A stretch of DNA of 30,727 nucleotides from a virus. The stretch lies in the IMG/VR virus record IMGVR_UViG_3300045988_150938, one strand, 5' to 3'. The notes beneath the pieces are model-generated. The model searched no databases. It was given only the letters and a program-made list of their open reading frames with translations, and had not been told where the DNA came from. Positions 16,140 through 25,821 of this stretch are shown here, one piece after another; position 1 is the first letter of the stretch, and each line of letters begins with the position of its first letter. A program made the position numbers and the translations under genes.

Positions 16140-16412
16140 TTGTCATTAGGTGAATTAATAGCAGCTGTTAGTTTTTTTATAGGAATAATTACATTTTTAT
16201 TTAAAAACTATTATTCATTTCAAAGCAACACAGAAGCAATAAAAAGTTTGAATAAAACGATTGAAAAAATGAATGATTTAATTGAGCAGTTATCAGAGGA
16301 TCAACATGTAACAGATACACGCATTACTAGTTTAGAACAACAAACTAAAAGCTTGTGGCGAGGTCATGGTGATTTATCAGAACGAATTAGAACTATAGAA
16401 AAGGGGTTGTAA
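16140..16412 (+). CDS. Small membrane protein (one N-terminal TM, C-terminal coiled coil). Holin-like or lysis accessory protein.
   Basis: LIAAVSFFIGIITFLF TM segment. RBS gaaggtga. It immediately precedes the holin. Confidence 0.45.
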   Translation: MSLGELIAAVSFFIGIITFLFKNYYSFQSNTEAIKSLNKTIEKMNDLIEQLSEDQHVTDTRITSLEQQTKSLWRGHGDLSERIRTIEKGL

Positions 16413-16414
16413 AA

Positions 16415-16693
16415 ATGGCATTAGATCAGAATATGTTATTTCCAATTGTAGTATTAGCTTGCTTAATAATTGGTTATGTAATTAAAAATACAACATTTTT
16501 AGCAAATAATTTAAATGGATATATTCCATTAATTTTAGCTGTTACTGGAGCTATTTTAGGTTTTGTATATAATCATGAACTTACCTTAGAAAGCGCTGTT
16601 TACGGAGCATTAAGTGGCTTAGCAAGTACAGGATTACATCAGACGTTTAAAAATTTTGTAGGAGGTGATTCATCAGATGGTACGGATAATTAA
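16415..16693 (+). CDS. Holin (2-3 TM, charged C-terminal tail).
   Basis: The hydrophobic segments PIVVLACLIIGYVI and IPLILAVTGAILGFV, the acidic tail GGDSSDGTDN, and overlap with the endolysin start. Confidence 0.65.
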   Translation: MALDQNMLFPIVVLACLIIGYVIKNTTFLANNLNGYIPLILAVTGAILGFVYNHELTLESAVYGALSGLASTGLHQTFKNFVGGDSSDGTDN

Positions 16694-17519
16694 TCAATCA
16701 GTTTGTGGTGGTATTGCTGGTAGACGGCCCAATGCAACTCCTAAAGGTGTTGTTATTCATAATGATGCAGGTAGTATCTATGCGACAGCAGAACAATACG
16801 TTAACGCTTTGTCTGTAATGTCGCCTACACAGCTAGCAAATGGTTTTGCTCACTATTACATTGATAGAAATACGATTGCTCGTGTAGAAGATACATTCAA
16901 TGCGGCGTGGCATACTGCAAATCCAGATGGCAACTTGAACTATGTCGGTTATGAAGTGTGTCAATCGATGGGTGCCAGTGATGCGGATTTCTTAGCAAAT
17001 GAACAAATGACATTTAAACAAGTTGCTGAAGATATGAAGTTTTGGGGAATGCAACCAAATAGGGATACGGTCCGTTTGCACAAAGAATTTTCAGCAACAG
17101 CATGTCCTCATCGATCATGGGAATTACATGGAAGTGAAACTAATTCAGTAAAAGACTATTTTATCAGTCAAATTAAAAAGTATATGGGAAATACTGGTAC
17201 TAATACTGAAAATAATAGTAGTTCAAATAATAACCAAAATAATATAGAAAAAGGTGGAGAAACAACTATGCAATGTTTATATGAAAGACCAATTAATTCA
17301 AAAACTGGAGCTTTAGAATGGAACGGAGATGCTTGGACGGTAATGTTTTGCAATGGTGTAAATACTAGACGTGTTTATCATCCAGATGAAATGAAAGTCA
17401 TTGAAAAAGTTTATAAAGACAACAATGGGAGAAGTATTCCGTTTTATAGTCAAAAAGAGTGGAATAAAAATGCTCCATGGTATAACCGCTTAGAATCAAT
17501 GTTTCCTGTTGTAAAGTAA
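16677..17519 (+). CDS. Endolysin: N-acetylmuramoyl-L-alanine amidase (Amidase_2/PGRP fold) with a C-terminal cell-wall-binding domain.
   Basis: GVVIHNDAGS, AHYYIDRNTIARVEDTFNAAWH and SATACPHRSWELHG match Amidase_2 zinc-ligand regions. RBS ggaggtga is 9 nt before ATG 16677. Confidence 0.85.
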   Translation: MVRIINQSVCGGIAGRRPNATPKGVVIHNDAGSIYATAEQYVNALSVMSPTQLANGFAHYYIDRNTIARVEDTFNAAWHTANPDGNLNYVGYEVCQSMGASDADFLANEQMTFKQVAEDMKFWGMQPNRDTVRLHKEFSATACPHRSWELHGSETNSVKDYFISQIKKYMGNTGTNTENNSSSNNNQNNIEKGGETTMQCLYERPINSKTGALEWNGDAWTVMFCNGVNTRRVYHPDEMKVIEKVYKDNNGRSIPFYSQKEWNKNAPWYNRLESMFPVVK

Positions 17520-17534
17520 GGGAAGTGGTCAGGG

Positions 17535-18302
17535 ATGTCTAGCTACACTATCGAACTAGGATTTTTATTAAGAGGGTTTTCAGATATTAATGAAAATCCT
17601 ATGATGTACGCCTCTCCTTTTTCTATTATTGAGAACTCCAGAGAGAATTTTTTTAAGGCTTTAGGAAGATATCCTTTTAAAATTTGGGGAGATGAGCGGG
17701 ACCAGGCGTTTAAAGAAGAATTTGAAAGAATGTTTTTAGAATATTTTTATATGAAAGAGATAGGATTTCAAACACCAGCCGCTTTTTATTTAGAATTAGG
17801 TAATTTTCTTCGTAGAAAAATGCCGATTTATTGTAATCATTGGCGTTACCTCTTAGAAGAAATGTACGTAACTAGTACAGGTAACAGTCAAGGAAGCACT
17901 ACTAATGGAGATAGTAGAGTAATTGATTCTAAAGGCCATTCTGAAACGAATGGAAAGACTGAAAGTGATAGTAATACTAAAAGTGTAACAAAAGGAGCAA
18001 ATACAGATTTGCCCGATACCCAATTAGACCTTGATGTTAGCAATTTAGATTATGCATCACAGGCAAATAAAACTGAATCAACTAGTGATACAAAAACTAC
18101 AGGGAAATCCAATAGTATAACAGACAGCGAAGATCATACGATTAATAAAGGTAGTTCTTCTGGTAATTCTATTACAGATACATTTGGAAGAAATAAAGAT
18201 GTGTTTGATATTTATAAACAATGGATTGATAGTGGCTATGATCTATTTACACCACTTTTTCATGATTGCTTAAAAGAACAAATCTTTATGCCACTACTCT
18301 AG
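17535..18302 (+). CDS. Structural protein with a Ser/Thr/Asn-rich C-terminal half (255 aa). Possible collar or head-decoration protein.
   Basis: ORF with RBS. The low-complexity STGNSQGSTTNGDS... region. Confidence 0.5.
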   Translation: MSSYTIELGFLLRGFSDINENPMMYASPFSIIENSRENFFKALGRYPFKIWGDERDQAFKEEFERMFLEYFYMKEIGFQTPAAFYLELGNFLRRKMPIYCNHWRYLLEEMYVTSTGNSQGSTTNGDSRVIDSKGHSETNGKTESDSNTKSVTKGANTDLPDTQLDLDVSNLDYASQANKTESTSDTKTTGKSNSITDSEDHTINKGSSSGNSITDTFGRNKDVFDIYKQWIDSGYDLFTPLFHDCLKEQIFMPLL

Positions 18303-18314
18303 GAAGTGATTTTT

Positions 18315-18485
18315 ATGAAACGTTTGTTAATTAATGAATGGCGATTATTGTCAAAAGAAGAGCAAGAAAAATATCACTATGTTAGTGATGAAGATGGGTG
18401 CTATTTTTGCGAAACGCCACCTGAAGAAAATCAAACAGAAGAAATTGATGATTTTGAAAAAATAATGAATAGCAAAGGGGAATAA
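18315..18485 (+). CDS. Hypothetical small protein (56 aa, MKRLLINEWRLLSKEEQEKYHYVSDEDGCYFCE...). Below the track cutoff.
   Basis: RBS ggaagtga is 6 nt upstream. It fills the gap between 18302 and 18490. Confidence 0.4.
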   Translation: MKRLLINEWRLLSKEEQEKYHYVSDEDGCYFCETPPEENQTEEIDDFEKIMNSKGE

Positions 18486-18489
18486 GGAA

Positions 18490-18735
18490 ATGGAAGACGT
18501 AGAAAAAACACCAGAAGAATTAGCAAAAGAAGAAAAACTAGCCGAATTTTTAGGCGAAGAAGTGAAAAAGGATGTTGAAGAGGAAAATCCAACTGATCCA
18601 GTTGATCCAATCGAGGAAGAACCTACTCCAGCAGTTATCAAAAAATTAAATCCTTTTGAATTTGTCTACACACAAGAAGGAAATGTTCTGATGAGCGATG
18701 AAACGTATCAGAAAATTATGGCTAAATTTTTTTAG
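18490..18735 (+). CDS. Small acidic protein (81 aa).
   Basis: RBS aggggaataagga. Glu-rich. Confidence 0.5.
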   Translation: MEDVEKTPEELAKEEKLAEFLGEEVKKDVEEENPTDPVDPIEEEPTPAVIKKLNPFEFVYTQEGNVLMSDETYQKIMAKFF

Positions 18736-18775
18736 TAATGAAAATTGAAAATAACCTGTAGAGGAGGTGAGGACA

Positions 18776-19075
18776 ATGTCTGTATATGAAGGAACAAAAG
18801 GAATGCTACAAAAATTCCAAAATAATATATTTGAAAGAGTTAATCAATTACTAAAAGATAGAGATGGAAAAATTGAAAAAAACGCCTCCGATATCCTTTC
18901 TAATGCAAAACAAGCCAGCCAAGACTTAGATAAGCTAAAGAAAGAAACAGAGGCGCAAATCAAACAACTATCAGATCAAGTGACAGCTGCTACTGATAAT
19001 ACTAATGAATTAAAAAAACAATTGCAAGAAGCAATTAAACGTATAGAAGTTTTAGAAGGAAAAACAACATCTTAA
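18776..19075 (+). CDS. Coiled-coil protein (99 aa). Possible scaffold or assembly factor.
   Basis: RBS ggaggtgagg. Heptad-rich sequence. Confidence 0.5.
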   Translation: MSVYEGTKGMLQKFQNNIFERVNQLLKDRDGKIEKNASDILSNAKQASQDLDKLKKETEAQIKQLSDQVTAATDNTNELKKQLQEAIKRIEVLEGKTTS

Positions 19076-19096
19076 AAAAAGAATGGAGAATGAATC

Positions 19097-19396
19097 ATGG
19101 AAGAAACAAAAGAATTAATTGAAGAAGCAGTGGAAGAACAAAAACAAGATGCAACAAATACAACGTATGCTGAAGATGACGGTCAAGAAGAAGTAGTTGA
19201 ACCAGCTGAAACTAATGAACCAGAATCTTTTGAACAGACTGAAGGCGACGTTGTTCCAGTAGAAGAACCAAAAGAAGAATGGCAAGAAGATGCTAATCAA
19301 AATCAACAAGAAATTGAATCGGATATTCCAGAAGAAGTTGGAACAGGAGCTTTTTCTAAAGCACGTAATGCGTGGGCTAATGGCTGGGGGGCTTAA
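19097..19396 (+). CDS. Highly acidic 99-aa protein. Candidate head scaffolding protein (same size class as phi29 gp7).
   Basis: Glu/Asp-rich. Located upstream of the capsid gene. Confidence 0.4.
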   Translation: MEETKELIEEAVEEQKQDATNTTYAEDDGQEEVVEPAETNEPESFEQTEGDVVPVEEPKEEWQEDANQNQQEIESDIPEEVGTGAFSKARNAWANGWGA

Positions 19397-19398
19397 TC

Positions 19399-19722
19399 AT
19401 GAATTTAGATACTACCCAACAAAAAGTTGCGGTACTTGAAGCGCTAGATAATATGTCGGTGTTTCTATCAAACAATAAAGAACATATGGAGCCTTCACGG
19501 TTAGCGCAGTTAATTATTGATCAAGAAGAATTAACAAAAAAAACACGTGTACTTTTCCTAGAAGAAAAGAATTTAGATTCTGTACTGGAGAAACTAACGA
19601 ATGAGGTTAATAACCAAGAAGAATTGATTAATAAACAAAAACGTTTGTTAGAAGTTACAGAAGCTGAACTCGAAGAAAGAACACCTGACGACGAATATAA
19701 AGGAGTGATTGCTAATGTTTAA
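19399..19722 (+). CDS. Hypothetical coiled-coil protein (107 aa).
   Basis: ORF, translationally coupled to the upstream gene. Confidence 0.5.
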   Translation: MNLDTTQQKVAVLEALDNMSVFLSNNKEHMEPSRLAQLIIDQEELTKKTRVLFLEEKNLDSVLEKLTNEVNNQEELINKQKRLLEVTEAELEERTPDDEYKGVIANV

Positions 19723-20095
19723 GGCAGAACTACCTAAATTTTTTACCGTCGAATCAACTGATCAATATTTTGTTGACGATGTAAACAAATTATTTGGATA
19801 TAAAACCCATGAATCTTTTGAAGGCGAAAGCCTGAAAGAATTTATGGATGTATCCAATACATTGGAAGATCGTCTATTAGAATTCAATAACATCATCAAC
19901 CAAAAATTGTCTCATTACAATGATTTAAAAAAATCCTTTGAAAAGAATAATGAGCAATTACGAGAATTAAATGATCAAATTTGTGTGGCCAAAGTAGAAA
20001 AGAAAACTTTTGGGCATAAAACATTAGCTGAAACATATGGAGAAGGCGAAATTAAACCAGACCTTGTTGATCTAATTAAAAAAGAAGAGGAGTAG
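19709..20095 (+). CDS. Hypothetical protein (128 aa).
   Basis: ORF overlapping the upstream gene by 14 nt. Confidence 0.5.
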   Translation: MLMFKAELPKFFTVESTDQYFVDDVNKLFGYKTHESFEGESLKEFMDVSNTLEDRLLEFNNIINQKLSHYNDLKKSFEKNNEQLRELNDQICVAKVEKKTFGHKTLAETYGEGEIKPDLVDLIKKEEE

Positions 20096-20101
20096 AAAAT
20101 T

Positions 20102-21511
20102 ATGAATGGATTTAAAAACTTAGGTGTTACCGCACCAGAATTTGTTAACACAGTTAGAGAAGTATTACCAGAACCTTATCGTAGCAATTTGCCTATTGCT
20201 AAAGCAGGACAGAAAGATTTTTCAGCTATTGGGGATGTTCTTGCTGAAGATGATCACTTTGCAAGTTTATGGCATAAAAATGCCATTAAAATGGTAATGA
20301 AAATCTTGCAACGAGACAATAAAATTGTTAATCCTTTATCCGAATTTGAAGGGGAATTAATTACATCAGGTGAATACATTGAGGATATGATTTTAGATAT
20401 TGCTGAAACATTCCAATTTGACCCTTCGGCAGCTGAAAAACGATTGTTTGAACGCCGACCACCCGAATTGAAAGCAGTAATTCATAATCATAAGCGTGAT
20501 GTTTCAAATGTACGTACGATTCAAGACACGTTAATTACGGATATTTTCCAAAGTGAAGCAGGTTTAGATCGTTATGTTATTCAAGTAACACAATCAATGC
20601 TTTCAGGTAATGAACAAGAAAAATATTATGAAACAAAAGCTTTGATTTCAACTGCTATTCGTAAGGGATTAATGCGTGTCATCGACTTAGGGAATAAAGT
20701 TACATCAAAAGACTTACAAAAAGCGATTTTACGACACTCAAAACGAATGGTTCACCCTGGACGATTCTATAATATGGGAAATGTAGGACAACCTAATAAT
20801 ATGGGACGTACTGGAATTAGTATCCAAGCAGATCGCCAAGAATTACGTATGCTATTACCTGTTGATACATCTGTTGATTTGAATGTTGACTTCTTTGCTA
20901 GTGCGTTCCAGTTAGATGCAGTACAAAGTGGATTAGCTATTAAAGAAGTAGATGCTTTCCCAAGTATTTATGAATATACAAAAGATCACAAGATTACAGA
21001 TATTGATATGGCAAGTGGTTTCTTCAATGACTTTAACTATAAAGTCGGTGATGTTGTTCCAAAAGGAGCACAAGCAAAACCAGAAGCGTATGAATATGCG
21101 AAAGAAAACGGATTAGATGATATTGAACTAGTCTTTGACGCTTCACGTATTCAAGCGGTTATCTTAGACCGTCGCGCATTAGTGATCAATCCAATGTTAG
21201 AAACAACATTAGCATCACAACCAAACTCATTAGGACGTTATGTTCAAATTATTTTACAGGATAAAGAACTATTTTCTTATAGTCCATTTATGCCTGCTTG
21301 TGTGATCATGTCTGATGCTCCAGATGATTGCAATTCGCAGTGTGAAAAAAAAGTCAAAGATGTAACTGTTGATGGTAAAAGCGTAGTTGGTGAAAATGGG
21401 GTGGCTGATATTCCATACACTGAAGACGTGACAAAAGCAACTGATGAAGTTGTAAAAAATGAAGAAAAAGAAGCCGATACAAAACCAGACGAAAAGAAAA
21501 ACAGTAAGTAA
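20102..21511 (+). CDS. Probable major capsid protein (469 aa) with a C-terminal extension.
   Basis: The evidence is position and size: after the scaffold-like genes and before the connector, 469 aa versus 448 for phi29 gp8, followed by a strong terminator. No sequence motif was verified. Confidence 0.45.
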   Translation: MNGFKNLGVTAPEFVNTVREVLPEPYRSNLPIAKAGQKDFSAIGDVLAEDDHFASLWHKNAIKMVMKILQRDNKIVNPLSEFEGELITSGEYIEDMILDIAETFQFDPSAAEKRLFERRPPELKAVIHNHKRDVSNVRTIQDTLITDIFQSEAGLDRYVIQVTQSMLSGNEQEKYYETKALISTAIRKGLMRVIDLGNKVTSKDLQKAILRHSKRMVHPGRFYNMGNVGQPNNMGRTGISIQADRQELRMLLPVDTSVDLNVDFFASAFQLDAVQSGLAIKEVDAFPSIYEYTKDHKITDIDMASGFFNDFNYKVGDVVPKGAQAKPEAYEYAKENGLDDIELVFDASRIQAVILDRRALVINPMLETTLASQPNSLGRYVQIILQDKELFSYSPFMPACVIMSDAPDDCNSQCEKKVKDVTVDGKSVVGENGVADIPYTEDVTKATDEVVKNEEKEADTKPDEKKNSK

Positions 21512-21533
21512 AACGGCTGAAAAAATATAGAAA

Positions 21534-21571
21534 AAAGGCCGCTAAATTTAAATTAGCGGCCTTTTATTTTA
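21534..21571 (+). terminator. Strong rho-independent terminator (aggccgctaa / ttagcggcct followed by tttatttt).
   Basis: 10-bp GC-rich stem plus T-run. Confidence 0.85.
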
Positions 21572-21582
21572 GGAGAGATATT

Positions 21583-22584
21583 ATGGAAAACCAGTTATTT
21601 GAAGATACATGGGGATACCAAACAGGTTTAGCCTCTTCATACAACAACGTGATAGGAAATAGAAGAGACCTGTTACAAGGGATTGAAACTAGTTCTACAA
21701 CTACTGGAGATAATCTGGGGAATAATTATGTACAATTCGAAGCGATACAAACATTTATACTAATTAGACAAATTAAAGATATGCTGATCAATTTATTTAA
21801 GTATGAAAATATGCCGCCTACGTTAAATACAGCTCAATTAGAAACTATGCTCCGTCAAATGGGTGGAGGGGTTTGTGTAGGTAAAGACGAATTAGGAGAC
21901 CTAGTGATTTTAGGAAGAGCAGACGAATTAGGGTATAACCTATATGGGAATGTTATCCCTAGTCTTTTTGACGGTAATAATAATTTTTTACAAAGTAAAA
22001 AGGTTATTACTAACAGAAATTTAAAAGGCGATTATGTCGTTTTTTATAACAAGCAAAGCTTTAATGATTTTTATGCTACTGATTATGATATCGTCGAACA
22101 CTATGCGAAACAATTAGCAACTATTAAAGCAACAGAAAGAATGAATATTATGCAAATGCGTAGTCCATATATTTTGAAAGGTAAAAAAAACGGCCAAGTC
22201 GGACAAGTATTACAAAGTAAAATTCAAAAAGGTGACTTGTTTTTAGAGGTAGAAGAGGGTTCAGATATTACAGATAAAATTGAAAAACTAGATTTAAATG
22301 TAACAGATAGGACACCGTCACTACAAAATGCCTATCGGAATACATTTAATGAAATGCTGACGTTATTTGGTATCTACAATAATCCAGAACAAAAGAAAGA
22401 ACGAATGATCGATAGAGAAGCAAGTTCAAATAATCATGTTATTGAAGGAATGGGGGACATTTACTTTAATGCTCGTCAACATGCGGTTGATTTATTGAAC
22501 CTTGCTTTTGGTACAGATATCAAAGTTCAGTGGAATAGTACAGTAGCATCAATGTTTAGAGATTTAGGACAAAAACAAGGATAG
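21583..22584 (+). CDS. phi29 gp10-like head-tail connector (portal/upper collar) protein.
   Basis: LFKYENMPPTLNTAQLE matches phi29 LFEWENLPPTINPSFLE. NAYRNTFNEMLTLFGIYNNPEQKKERMIDREASSNNHVIEG matches phi29 [38 protein letters not shown]. 333 aa versus 309 aa in phi29. Confidence 0.8.
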   Translation: MENQLFEDTWGYQTGLASSYNNVIGNRRDLLQGIETSSTTTGDNLGNNYVQFEAIQTFILIRQIKDMLINLFKYENMPPTLNTAQLETMLRQMGGGVCVGKDELGDLVILGRADELGYNLYGNVIPSLFDGNNNFLQSKKVITNRNLKGDYVVFYNKQSFNDFYATDYDIVEHYAKQLATIKATERMNIMQMRSPYILKGKKNGQVGQVLQSKIQKGDLFLEVEEGSDITDKIEKLDLNVTDRTPSLQNAYRNTFNEMLTLFGIYNNPEQKKERMIDREASSNNHVIEGMGDIYFNARQHAVDLLNLAFGTDIKVQWNSTVASMFRDLGQKQG

Positions 22585-22596
22585 GGGAGCAAAAAT

Positions 22597-25071
22597 ATGT
22601 CAATTTCAGAAGAAAATAAAAAGAAAATAAGTGAACTATCAGGCGCGCAAAGCCCAACACCGCAAACACAAAAGCAATTGCACAGTTTACTTCACCGATT
22701 CAATTATCATTTTCCCCAACTAAATTGGTGGGGAAATACACCAATTGAACCTACAGGGGCTGGCTTAACTTATGCTGAATCAATTACTTGGATTCAACAT
22801 ATGATTCACCATTTATCAGATTGGGCTGGTGGAATGAATGAAGAACTACAAAAATTACAAAAAGATTTAGCTGATTTAAACATTATTATTCAATTTGAAT
22901 TAGCAAGTCAATTACCTGAAGTTATTCAAGAATATGATTTATTTGATTTGATTGTAACAGGTAATAATGAACGAGTTTCCTTGGTAACAACACAATCAAG
23001 CACAACTAAAAAAGAAGAGTCTGTATTTTGTTACGCTTTTCGGACAGAACATGGATTTATTGAAGCAACCAAAACAAAACAAACTAGTTCAGAAGCAGGT
23101 TGTGAAGGGAATCTTACAACATGGACAATTAATGTATCTGAACGAGATGGAGGAAATGTATTAAATTATGAATTTGGAGTAACAAATATTCCTAGCAAAG
23201 TAAATCGTGTATGGATTATTAACCGATCAGGAAACAAAATGGATGGGGACAAAGAAGTCTTTTATATTTTTGAAGGCGAAATTAAACGAGCACGATTTAA
23301 TAAAAATACAATTACAAGAGGTAAACAAGGAACACTGAATTTTGAAAAATTAAATATTAATTATGAGGCATACTGGATTGTCAACGTATTTAAACGAGTG
23401 CCCACAAAGCGTAATTTGTTACATTATATGACACTGGATTATAAAGTTTATGAATATGACTTAGAAACAGGAAACGAAAAGCTATTGTACCAAATTCCTG
23501 TAGCAAATCAAGATATTTTTGATCCAATTAATGATGTCATTGAAGGGAAAAGTACCATTTGGGCAGTTACGTATAAAGGTGTAGAAACAAGAGAGCCTGA
23601 TGTAATGAAAGGCCTTTGCTTTGAGCCTTGTTTTGATGGGGTGGAAATGTATGATACATGGGAAACACCAAAAGAAATTAAGTTTACTCATGAGAATATT
23701 TTGGGAATTACGCCTGCGAATATGTATCAAGACTATATCAATCAAGAAGAGTTAGAAGGAGACAAGTCATTGTTGAGTTGCTTTATTCTATCTTCAAAAA
23801 TGAAAGAAACACCTTATACATTAAGTGTTTATGAATTAAATCCTCGAAAATTTGATAATAGTATTATCTCTAAAAATTTAGATAAATATTTCAAAGATGT
23901 AGTGCTAAAAGATTTATATAACAATGAATCACTGATTGAATATCAAGGATATTTTTCATATAACGTTACGGACCGTATTAAAAATTTTATTGATGCACCA
24001 GCTTTACTATTAGAAGATACGGAGTTTTCAAAAGCGGGTGTACAAATTGTTTTAGAAAACTCTGAATTTATACCAGAAGGCAACCTAAGAACGTTCTGGC
24101 AACGTTTGAAGGTATTAAGCTTAATGGAAAATAAAAAGCCGTACATGCGCATTTTTGAGCGTGTGGTGCAACAAATGATTACAACAAATGGGATGATTCG
24201 TAATAAGGCAGGACGTTGGCAAGAACAGTCTATACCAACAACGAGTGAAAAATTAAATCCTTCAGTTGCTGGTAAGTTCGACTATCTTTCTTTAGCAGGA
24301 ACAAAGAAAACTTATAATGCTAAGGATTTCGAGGAAACATTCTCAGATACACCTCTAAAAACATATAAATATTATGGATTACCATTAGATAAAAATCATC
24401 CGTTGCTTAAAAAGTTGGAAGAAAAAAATACAATTATTTCGGTAACAAAAGGGACTGTTAATGAAAAAACGACAAATCAATATGAAACAGTAATTAAATT
24501 AACTATCCAAGACGAATATGCAGAAATCCAATTTAGAAGATTAATGCGTTTTGATTATAAAGATTTTGATTCCAAAGTAGGAGGTCGCTCCAAAGCAACA
24601 TATATTAGTCCGTGGGCATATGTCTACTACACTGTAAGAGATGATTCGGCACCTGATGATTATGAAAAAAATCCGAATCAAGGGATTGATCAAAAGTTTT
24701 TGGATATCATTAACAAGATTTATGAAACGATTAATAACTTGGATAAAAAATATGAAAAGATTACCAATAATCTTAATCAAAAAATCGATAATATTGATAA
24801 GAAATATGAAAATATTACAAACCAATTGAAAAAAGATATCCAAAATATTAATAACCAACTGAAACAAAATAATGTAGCAATGGAAAAAGTTTTAAATAAC
24901 TTGAAAAACATGTCTGGTATTTGGGTTCAAACAGGTGATACGGTCCTTGAAGGTGACTTTAAGAAAGATACTGGGATTGCTGGAGGAAATATTAGTGCCT
25001 TTGGTCAAGATGAAAGTCATTATATCCGTACAGGTAAGAATCGAGATAACGACTTGATGGGCGGTGTTTAG
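22597..25071 (+). CDS. Large appendage, tailspike or receptor-binding protein (824 aa; phi29 gp12 size class) with an internal 16-aa tandem coiled-coil repeat.
   Basis: Size and position. DKKYEKITNNLNQKID / DKKYENITNQLKKDIQ repeats are encoded by 48-bp tandem units around 24700-24860. Confidence 0.5.
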   Translation: MSISEENKKKISELSGAQSPTPQTQKQLHSLLHRFNYHFPQLNWWGNTPIEPTGAGLTYAESITWIQHMIHHLSDWAGGMNEELQKLQKDLADLNIIIQFELASQLPEVIQEYDLFDLIVTGNNERVSLVTTQSSTTKKEESVFCYAFRTEHGFIEATKTKQTSSEAGCEGNLTTWTINVSERDGGNVLNYEFGVTNIPSKVNRVWIINRSGNKMDGDKEVFYIFEGEIKRARFNKNTITRGKQGTLNFEKLNINYEAYWIVNVFKRVPTKRNLLHYMTLDYKVYEYDLETGNEKLLYQIPVANQDIFDPINDVIEGKSTIWAVTYKGVETREPDVMKGLCFEPCFDGVEMYDTWETPKEIKFTHENILGITPANMYQDYINQEELEGDKSLLSCFILSSKMKETPYTLSVYELNPRKFDNSIISKNLDKYFKDVVLKDLYNNESLIEYQGYFSYNVTDRIKNFIDAPALLLEDTEFSKAGVQIVLENSEFIPEGNLRTFWQRLKVLSLMENKKPYMRIFERVVQQMITTNGMIRNKAGRWQEQSIPTTSEKLNPSVAGKFDYLSLAGTKKTYNAKDFEETFSDTPLKTYKYYGLPLDKNHPLLKKLEEKNTIISVTKGTVNEKTTNQYETVIKLTIQDEYAEIQFRRLMRFDYKDFDSKVGGRSKATYISPWAYVYYTVRDDSAPDDYEKNPNQGIDQKFLDIINKIYETINNLDKKYEKITNNLNQKIDNIDKKYENITNQLKKDIQNINNQLKQNNVAMEKVLNNLKNMSGIWVQTGDTVLEGDFKKDTGIAGGNISAFGQDESHYIRTGKNRDNDLMGGV

Positions 25072-25073
25072 AA

Positions 25074-25808
25074 ATGGCATGGCAAAATGTTTATGGTAGT
25101 TGGAAACACGATCCAGGAGTAAAAGGGGACGTTATTATGGCAGGAGGGCCAGGATGGAATAAATTTCCAGGACGCCCTCCTGGTTCTCCTGCACCATATG
25201 GAAAAGGAGTAAGTGTTGTAACAGTAAAAAAAGACACATATCGATTTAAATTATCTCTAGTTGCATATGCAATTTCAGTGACGACAGGAGAGTATTTTGT
25301 TAGTTCTTATCAAGGTGGTCCCAATGCGGATTATCAATGGATAATAAAAGCTGCAATTAGTTACGATCAAACAACTGATCCTGCAAAAGCAAAATATCAA
25401 AATTTATTTCAAGAGAATTTCAAAACAATGTATCACGGCGGAGAACCATTGTATGGAAATACTAATTGGCATACAAAAGCGTATGAAAAAGAAACATCTA
25501 ATACATTTACTGCAACAAGTAAAGATGTATGGATTCGTATTGAGATTTATGGAGAACCAGCAGTCACACCATTATATGCATACTTTAAGCTGGCATCAGC
25601 ATTTGAAGAGTTTAGGCCGTGGGCGATTCGAAAAAATAATCAATGGAATAGTTTAGATAAAGAAACAGGCTTCTTCCAAAAACGAAAAAATAGTAAGTGG
25701 GAAGATATTCCTAAAATGTCTTATGAAGATGTAGGAAAAGACAATAAAGGAACGTCACGTATTAGAAAAGAAGGAGTATGGAAAGGTCAAGGCAAAATTG
25801 GAAATTAA
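25074..25808 (+). CDS. Tail structural protein (244 aa). Possible lower-collar or tube component.
   Basis: ORF 3 nt after the appendage gene stop. Gly/Pro-rich N-terminus. Confidence 0.45.
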   Translation: MAWQNVYGSWKHDPGVKGDVIMAGGPGWNKFPGRPPGSPAPYGKGVSVVTVKKDTYRFKLSLVAYAISVTTGEYFVSSYQGGPNADYQWIIKAAISYDQTTDPAKAKYQNLFQENFKTMYHGGEPLYGNTNWHTKAYEKETSNTFTATSKDVWIRIEIYGEPAVTPLYAYFKLASAFEEFRPWAIRKNNQWNSLDKETGFFQKRKNSKWEDIPKMSYEDVGKDNKGTSRIRKEGVWKGQGKIGN

Positions 25809-25821
25809 GGAAGTGAACTTA

